NCBI RefSeq assembly: GCF_006345805.1 | Contig: NW_021833371.1 | Location: forward strand, 1 to 29,220 | DNA: 29,220 bases | Direction: 5' to 3' | Source of the DNA: Octopus sinensis | Taxonomy: Eukaryota | Shown here: positions 20,931-29,220 of the stretch, in pieces | Numbering within the stretch: position 1 is the stretch's first letter | How the letters are laid out: the number at the start of each line of letters is the position of its first letter | Made by a program: the position numbers and the translations under genes | Notes under the pieces: model-generated | Seen by the model: only the letters and a program-made list of their open reading frames with translations | Told to the model about the DNA's origin: nothing | Databases searched by the model: none

Positions 20931-21106
20931 TGAGATATAAATGAAATACTTACTCATACCCATGGAAAAAGCAAGCACTAAGTCCAGAGCAGACCTAAGT
21001 ACCCCAAATATATCCAAAATAGAAAATCTTCGGCACATCTCGAGACACGTGTGATTCGAACTAGAAACTTTTGCAGAGTGAGAGAATCTGGACTGAACAC
21101 TATTTA

Positions 21107-21168
<62 letters not shown>

Positions 21169-22333
21169 CATATATATATATAGATATAAATTATTTATAT
21201 ATATGTATGTATGTATATATATATGTATATATATATATCTGGTTCCGGGTTCAGTCCCACTGCGTGGCATCTTGGGCAAGTGTCTTCTACTATAGCCTCG
21301 GGCCGACCAAAGCCTTGTGAGTGGATTTGGTAGACAGAAACTGAAAGAAGCCTGTCGTATATATGCATATATATATGTGAGTGCATGTTTGTGTGTCTAT
21401 GTTTGTCCCTTTAGCATTGCTTGACAACTGATGCTGGTGTGTTTACGTCACTTAGTGGTTCGGCAAAGAGACCGATAGATAAGTCCCGGGGTCGATTTGC
21501 TTGACTAAAGACGGTGTTTCAGCATGGCCGCAGTCAAAGGACTGAAACAAGTAAAAGAGTATATATCTTCATATATATATATATATATATATATATACAA
21601 CTGTATAATAACATTTTATTCTCTGTTTTGAAGTGACAATTTATAAATACCAACAAATGACTGGATAATAATGAATTAACCCCAGCTAGAAACGAACCTA
21701 CAAATTGACGACAATACGGATTCTTGTGTATCTGATTAGCCAAACACTCACCTATCAATTTCAGCCAAATTTAGTTAATATATACCGTCTAACATGTACT
21801 ATATATAACCTTTTCTATGCTAAGCACAAGGCCTGAAATTGTTTTTTGGTGGGGGCAGTCAATTAGATCAACCCAATACGCAACAGGTATTTAATTTATC
21901 AACTCCAAAAGGATGGAAGATAAAGTCGACCTCGATGGAATTTGAAGTCAGAATGGAAAGACATACTACATATAATATTTGTAAAGCAACGCAGAAGGCT
22001 TTGTAAGTTATGGAGAGAAAGCTACAATGGAAGGTTCATAGTATACCGGTAACCGTATAATAACATACCGTAGCAATATTTTATTCTCTCTTTAAGTATA
22101 TATTAACTAAATTTGGCTGAAATTGATGAATGAGCATTTGGCCAATTGGATGTTAGTGTTGATTTGTGGGTTTGATTCTGTGTGGGGTTAGCTCAACATT
22201 TTTAAGTTATTTGTTTGTATTTATAAATTGTTGCTTCAAACCAGGAATAAAATATTATTATATGTTATACAGTTATTATACTATAAGCCTTCCATAGTAG
22301 CTTTTTCTCAGTAACTTACAAAGCCGTATATAT

Positions 22334-23966
22334 ATCATCATCATCATCATCATCGTTTAGCGTCCGTTTTCCATGCTAGCATGGGTTGGACGGTTCTACT
22401 GGGGTCTGTGAAGCCAGAAGGCTTCATCAGGCCCAGTCAAATCTGGCAGTGTTTCTACGGCTGGATGCCCTTCCTAACGCCAACCACTCCGTGAGTGTAG
22501 TGGGTGCTTTTTACGTGCCACCCGCACTGGTGCCAGACAGAGCTGGCAAACGGCCACGAACGGATGGTGCTTTTTATGTGCCACCGGCACGAGGGCCAGG
22601 CGAGGCTGGCAACGGACACGAAACGGGGCGGTGCTGGCAACGGTCGCGAAACGGAAAGTTCTCTTACATGCCACCGGCACTGGTAACACATCTGCAATTT
22701 CCATTGATCGATTTCCATTGATCGATTTCGATTCTGATCGTCACTTGCCTCAACGGGTCTTCACAAGCAGAGTTTTGACATGCCACCGGCACTGGTAGCA
22801 CATCCGCAATTTCCATTGATCGATTTCGATTCTGATCCTCACTTGCCTCATCACGTCTTCACAAGTAGAGTTTTGTGTCCCAAGAAGGGAAGGTATGCAT
22901 ACGTAGGCTGGCTCCATCCCATGTAGAAGGCCACGGGTTATGGACTCACTTGTCCTGCCGGGTCTTCTCGCGCACAGCACACTTCCAGAGGTCTCGGTCT
23001 CTAGTCATTTCCTCAGTGAGACCTAAAGTTTGAAGGTCGTGCTTCACCACCTCGTCCCAGGTTTTCCTGGGTCTGCCTCTTCCACAGGTTCCCTCAACCG
23101 CTAGGGTGTGGCACTTTTTCACACAACTATCTTCATCCATTCTCGCCACATGACCATACCAGCGCAAACGTCTCTCTTGCACACCACAACTGATGCTTCT
23201 TAGGTCCAGCTTTTCTCTCAAGGTACTTACACTCTGCCGAGTGTGAGTACCGGCATTACACATCCATCGGAGCATACTGGCTTCATTTCTAGCGAGCTTA
23301 CGCATATCCTCAGCAGTCACGGCCCATGTTTCACTGCCATGTAGCATGGCTGTTCGTACACACGCATCATACAGTCTGCCTTTCACTCTGTGCGAGAGGC
23401 CTTTTGTCACCAGCAGCGGTAAGAGCTCTCTGAACTTTGCCCAAGCTATTCTTACTCTAGCAGTTACACTTTCAGCACACCCGCCCCCGCTGCTGACTTG
23501 GTCACCTAGGTAACGGAAACTATCAACTATTTCTAGTTTTTCTCCCTGGAAAGTGACGGAAGTTGGTCTCAGAGCATTTTCAGTGTTTATTGTTCCTGAG
23601 CATCTGCCACATACAAAAACCATCTTCCTAGTTAGCCTTCCTTTGACATTGCTGCATCTCTTATGTGTCCATAGCTTACACTTGGTGCATCTTATAGAGT
23701 TTCTACCTACACCTTTTCTACAGATCGAGCAGGGCCATCTACCTGAAGGTGTTTGTGATTTGTCTACCTTCCTACTGATTACGACTTTGGTTTTAGCTAG
23801 ATTGACTCTGAGGCCCTTCGATTCTAATCCTTGTTTCCACACCTGAAACTTCTCCTCCAGTTCTGATAGCGACTCAGCAATTAGAGCAAGGTCATCAGCA
23901 TAGAGGAGCTCCCAAGGGCATCCTGTCTTGAATTCCTCCGTTATTGCCTGGAGGACTATGATAAAT
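22334..23966 (-). mobile_element. Mirror copy of the RTE
   Basis: ORF 22946-24106 has a translation identical to ORF 17011-18171. Confidence 0.96.
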
Positions 23967-24194
23967 ATATATATATATATATATAGCATTTTTTCCGATG
24001 GCTGGATAACTGAAGAGAGGGCGGCGTGGATTTCCAGTCTGACATCTGAAACTTGGAGTTTTATCATGGCTACCGAATAATTGTCACATATTACATTTAC
24101 AGACAAATTCCTCTATTTACATAATATCGAGGTCTCTTTCTTTCTTTTGTTGTCTTACCATTTGTATCAATATGTATATATATATTCCAGTTCT

Positions 24195-25523
24195 ATATTT
24201 AAGAGATGAGGAATTTACAATTGATGGATATTTGTCCTCATCTTGTTTGTTGTTAACACAATGTTTCGGCTGATATGCCCTCCAGTCTTCATCAGGTGTC
24301 TTGGGAAAAGGTATTTTTTGATGTTGGTGTTGTTATTACCAAAGGCTTATAAATCTAATATTCTCCTATCCTTCCTTAATACCACTTTCCATATGCTGTT
24401 CCTAACTGCACTCAGTCTGCTTCGGAGGTTGTTGTGTCCTAGCATATGTGCTGCTTCTTTTAGTTTTCGTATTTCTCAGTGGTGTTCTCTGTCTATTATT
24501 TTAACTTCATCCCACAGGGGAAAGTGGTCTCCATTTTTCCATACTTGATCAGCTATACCCGATTAATCAATATCTCCCCATGTCACAACTTTGCGATGTT
24601 CTTCTACCCTTATTTTGGGGTGGCAGCATATCTTGCCTTTGTATTACCTACCACAGCTGTATGGGATGGAGTACATGCAGTTCTTAGTCATATTCTCTTC
24701 TATTGGTGGTTTTACTTGAAGGAGATATTTGCAAAGTGTTATGTTACTTTTGAATACTGCCCTGATGTCATATAGGCCGCATATCTTTTGTATCTTTTCA
24801 GAGAGGCCTTTCACATAGGGTAGACAGACTGTGATTAGTTTATCAGTTTCATCCTCTCTTTTCTTCATGATTGGAGTGGAGAGTGATTTTGGGGTAGTTG
24901 TTGCTTAATAGATTGTTACTGAGCTTGATTGCTACTTATATTCATTGCTCGAGGTTTTAGGCACTGAGCAATCCCTCTCTTTACACTGTATGGATGTTGG
25001 GAGCTGAAGTTGAAGGATCGTCTAGCAAAGGTCGGCTTGCAGTATACGGATGTGCTGAATCCATACCTGGTGTGTGTTATTAACACGTCCAGGAATGCTA
25101 GCTGATTGTCTTTTTCTTTTTCCATTGTGAACTGTATGGATGGCTTTATTGAGTTCACATGATCTAACAACACTTGGACATCTTCCTGATGGGGCCAGAG
25201 TATGAAGGTGTCATCAACATATAGCAGCCATAGTGTTGGTTTTAGTGGTGTTGATCCTAAAGCCAAATTCTTAAAGTATTCCATGTATATATTGGCTATT
25301 ATTGGTGATAATGGTGAACCCATAGCTAAACTCTCTTCATGTCGATATCTATCTATACTGTAGGTATATCTATCTATAGGTAGTTTCTGCACAGAAAGTC
25401 AACATTTTCATCAGGTTTCTTATTGGCATACTAGTGCGTTCTTTTATATGGATGTCTGTCCTTAGTTTTTCTTGAATCATTGATAGTGCTTCACCAGTTG
25501 GGACTTCGGTGAACAGACTTATA
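24195..25523 (-). mobile_element. Mirror copy of the PLE
   Basis: Identical translations for ORFs 24644-24868 and 24916-25392. Confidence 0.92.
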
Positions 25524-25804
25524 ATATTATTTAAAAGGGCGCACTTCTTTTCTTGAGGGAGACATGTGTCCCTCAGGCCTCCCTTTGGGTCTGTCCCAGT
25601 TTTATTTACATCCCCTTAATGGTTCGCCAAAATCGACTGATAGAATATGCATCAGATTAAAAAGAAAATATGTCCTGGGGTTAATTTATTTGATTAAATC
25701 CTTCAAGGTAGTGCTCCAGCATGGCTGCAATCCAATGACTGAAACAAGTAAAAGATAAAATGATAACTGGCATTTTACATTTATAATCCTTTCTATTTTG
25801 ACAG

Positions 25805-25956
25805 AAAATACTCAAGAACAAGACATGAAAGAGAAGGAGGTGTTGGATAATTTCAGGAAAATTCTACCCAGAGATTCTGAAGATTACCTTGATTTCTTAC
25901 TTATAGAAGAATCACAGATCCTTTCAGATTATCTGAGTTTACTGGAACACGTCTAG
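25805..25956 (+). CDS. Mirror copy of the candidate terminal exon
   Basis: Reverse complement of 15161-15312; AG at 25803-25804, TAG at 25954-25956. Confidence 0.5.
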
Positions 25957-26230
25957 CAGAACATCAGATGGAAAACTTGTTTGTTTGGAGATAAGACTTA
26001 CTTGATACACAGGAAAGACAGAACAGGAAACTTAATTATTTGGTCATGTTTATTGCTACCATCTTACGAGTTGTTGAAAGATCTTTTAATATTTCATCTT
26101 GAAAATTAAGCCGGCTGTCATGGCATGGACTGATTATACTTGTGTTAGATTTTCTAAACTTAAAATTGAATTCTTTCTAAAATTAAAATTGAATTTTTCT
26201 AAAAATTAAATTTAAAATTTGTTTTGATTT

Positions 26231-26236
26231 AATAAA
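26231..26236 (+). promoter_or_regulatory. Candidate polyadenylation signal AATAAA for the terminal exon (mirror 14858-14863)
   Basis: Canonical hexamer followed by GTGTGATGT. Weak evidence in AT-rich DNA. Confidence 0.3.
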
Positions 26237-26262
26237 TAGGTGTGATGTAAAGGTTTCAATAT

Positions 26263-26562
26263 TCCCAGGGGCATCCTGTCTTGAATTCCTCCGTAATTGC
26301 CTGGAGGACTATGATAAATAGGAGGGGGCTGAGGACTGAACCCTGGTGGACCCCAACCTCTACCTTGAATTCTTCAGTGTACATGTTGCCAACCCTAACC
26401 TTACTTACAGCATGCTGTAAGTAAGGTTAGGGTTGGCAACGTGTACACTGAAGAATTCAAGGTAGAGGTTGGGGTCCACCAGGGTTCAGTCCTCAGCCCC
26501 CTCCTATTTATCATAGTCCTCCAGGCAATTACGGAGGAATTCAAGACAGGATGCCCCTGGGA
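26263..26562. repeat. Nested spacer-less 150+150 bp hairpin (inverted duplication of RTE RT sequence) in the right arm
   Basis: 26263-26412 is a same-strand copy of 13898-14047 and folds at CAGCA|TGCTG (26412/26413). One mismatch (T26384 vs G26441). Confidence 0.95.
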
Positions 26563-27236
26563 GCTCCTCTATGCTGATGACCTTGCTCTAATTGCTGAGT
26601 CACTATCAGAACTGGAGAAGAAGTTTCAGGTGTGGAAGCAAGGATTAGAATTGAGGGGCCTTAGAGTCAACCTAGCTAAAACCAAAGTCCTAATAAGTAG
26701 GAAGGTAGATAAACCACAAATGCCTTCAAGTAGATGGCCCTGCTCGATCTGTAGGAAAGGTGTAGGTAGAAACTCTATAAGATGTACCCAGTGTAAGCTA
26801 TGGACACATAAGAGGTGCAGCAATGTTAAAGGAAGGCTAACTGGGAAGATAGTTTTTGTATTTGGCAGATGCTCAGGAGCAATAAACACTGAAAATCTGC
26901 AGAAAACAACTTCCGTCACTTTCCAGGAGAAAAAACTAGAAGTAGTTGATAGCTTCCGTTATCTAGGTTACCAAGTCAGTAGTGGGGGTGGGTGTACTGA
27001 AAGTGTAACTGCTAGAGTAAGAATAGCCTGGGCTAAGTTTAGAGAGCTCTTACCTCTGCTGGTGACTAAAGGCCTCTCGCTCAGAGTAAAAGTCAGACTG
27101 TATGATGCATGTGTACGAACAGCCATGCTACATGGCAGTGAAACATGGGCTGTGACTGCTGAGGACATGCGTAAACTCGCGAGGAATGAAGCCAGTATGC
27201 TCTGATGGATGTGTAATGTCAGTGTGCATACTCGAC
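26413..27236 (+). mobile_element. Mirror of the 3' part of the RTE at 13225-14047
   Basis: ORF 26441-27205 has a translation identical to the corresponding part of ORF 13255-14160. Confidence 0.95.
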
Positions 27237-27753
27237 ATGGCAGAGGATGTAAAGCTGTTGTCCCTTATTAATTTCTTTCTTGGCAACTATTCTCTGGAAG
27301 AGTCTATTTGAAATGTTGGATCTTCCACTCTTCATGGCAGCTTCACTATACCTTTTTTTCACTGTACTGTAATTTTACTAATATACACTAATATTTTAAT
27401 TTTACTAATATACATGCACACAAACACATATAAATACATGCAGCATGTTATGCATATGAGGTACACATGTAGACCAATACTCAGTGTAACCAGTAAGCAT
27501 TGATAAAAAAAAACTGTCCACAAAGGCCTTATCATGTTAAGAGGAATATCTCATTGAGGGAAAAGTATTAGTGTGTGTAAATGTATAGTTGAAAATTGTA
27601 CAAACAAAGACAGCCAAGAAAAGAACAAACAAGGAACAGAAAGGAATGAAGTAAAAAATGGAGAGAAGAAAATGTGTCTGGATTAATGATTGCACACACA
27701 CATATATGTATGTAAGTGTGTGTGTGTACATATATACATGTGTGTGTACATAT

Positions 27754-28136
27754 AGGTGCAGGAGTAGCTGTGTGGTAAGTAGCTTGCTTACCAACTACAT
27801 GGTTCTGGGTTCAGTCCCACTGTGTGGCACCTTGGGCAACTGTCTTCTACTGTAGCCTCGGGTCCGCCCAAATCCTTGTGAGTGTATTTAGTAGACAGAA
27901 ATTAAAAGAAGCCCATCGTATATATATATATATGTGTGTGTGTGTGCGTTTGTCTCTAACATCACCTGACAACCGATGCTGGCATGTTCACATGCCCGTA
28001 ACTTAGCGGTTTGGCAAAAGGGACCGATAGAATAAGTTCTAGGCTTACAAAGAATAAGTCCTAGGGTCGATTTTCTCGAGTAAAGGTGGTGCTCCAGCAT
28101 GGCCGCAGTCAAATGACTGAAATAAATAAAAGAATG
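27754..28136 (+). mobile_element. Mirror copy of the full-length SINE
   Basis: Reverse complement of 12325-12707 (coordinate sum 40461). Confidence 0.85.
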
Positions 28137-29220
28137 TATACATATGTGTGGGTCCTGTTTTATAAGTGGATGAGATTTGTAGGAAAAGTGGGTCATGAAA
28201 TGTCAAGAAACAAGACCGAATTATAATGTAATTAACAAAGACTGATCCTGATATTACTAAAACTTTACCAAACATGTACTTATATATGGCTGTTTTTTTT
28301 AAATAAATAAATATTTAAAATATTTGAAAACATCTTATTTCTTCTTATACAATGATTTAATCTACTTTGATCCTGTAGCACCACCTTTTGTCCATGTCTA
28401 TGCCAAAACAGACCTCTCCAATGTTGGTGCTCCATGAAAAGCATCCAGTACACCCTGTAAAGTGTTTGGCATTAGGAAGGGCATCCAGATGTAGAAACCA
28501 TTCCAAAACAGACTCAAACTTGACACAGTCCACTGGCTTAACTGCTCCTCTCAAACTGTCCAACCCATGCCAGCATGGGAGACAGATGTTAAATGATGAT
28601 AATGATGGTGATGTGACTCCTTTGCTGATATTTTGTGTAACCTTGACACAATGGGACAACTGTAACTTAGGTTATTGGTTGGTAGACTGAGGTTTTGAGG
28701 GTTCCTTTTAACCTTTTTTGTTAAGGACTGCAGTATTGACCCCTGGCATGATTTCCCTCTTATTTCTTCCTAAATACCATAATAAAGATGTTGATATTTT
28801 TTGGGATGCCATGGCTATGTTTCTAAGCAGGAACTTTATCTCAAAGTTCCTGAAATACTTTACAAATTTAAACAAAAATATTCAATAGTCTTTTGAATCT
28901 CAGGAAATTGTGTTTTCATTCCAGAGGTTGAAACAATCATCTAGAAATCTTTTCCAATTTTCTTTTATGTATTGGGAAAGAGGGTTTCCAAATGTAGATA
29001 AAGATTCTTGGTATATTATTATTTCCAGATAGCTCATTGTTAGGTTCGCAATGACCGGGGCTACCCTAGTACCCATGGCAGTCCCGGATTTTTGTTGATA
29101 AAACATCTTGTCAAACAGAAAGTGGTTGTTTCATGGGATGAATTCAACGGATTCAATTATGAATTCTTTGCTGATTCTTTCCGGTATATCTTCTGGATAT
29201 TGGTTCAGCCAGAACTGAAT

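Larger units (their letters stand above)
11244..29220. repeat. Giant inverted repeat (palindrome): left arm 11244-20563, right arm 20564-29220 (runs off the window), no unique spacer
   Basis: Mirror ORFs in the track have constant coordinate sums: 41117 for 15.3-18.7 kb (e.g. 17011+24106), 41114-41127 near the axis, 40460-40464 for the outer segment. Reverse complement of 29161-29220 matches 11244-11303. Confidence 0.98.

Noticed and set aside
995-21386. Many short ORFs rich in YI/HT/CV repeats (e.g. 1526-1792, 4316-4655, 20421-20700)
   Set aside because: They are translations of (TA)n, (CA)n and (TG)n microsatellites.

Overview
AT-rich, repeat-dominated eukaryotic DNA. It is most likely an octopus/cephalopod intronic or intergenic region; this is inferred from the tRNA/CORE-type SINE families and the (TA)n/(CA)n/(ATT)n load. 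There is no intact multi-exon gene. Nearly all long ORFs are decayed retroelements (two RTE copies with a PHD finger inside RT, several Penelope-like elements [PLEs], a Tx1/L1-like LINE, an R4/Dong-like 3' end) or microsatellite read-throughs. The dominant structure is a spacer-less palindrome of at least 18 kb (11244 to the window end at 29220), with its axis inside a (TA)n tract at about 20563. Its arms are near-identical near the axis and about 5% divergent at the outer edge. The right arm carries a nested 300-bp fold-back that replaces 781 bp. A (TA)n-flanked module with a complete type I hammerhead ribozyme core abuts the axis on both sides. About eight further hammerhead-like motifs from several unrelated families occur in PLE ends or short TA-flanked modules. 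A probable host terminal exon is duplicated in the palindrome, and no upstream exons were seen between it and the axis. From the sequence alone I cannot decide whether the palindrome is genuine or an assembly fold-back at the self-complementary (TA)n joining two haplotypes. All alignments and RNA folds were done by eye.
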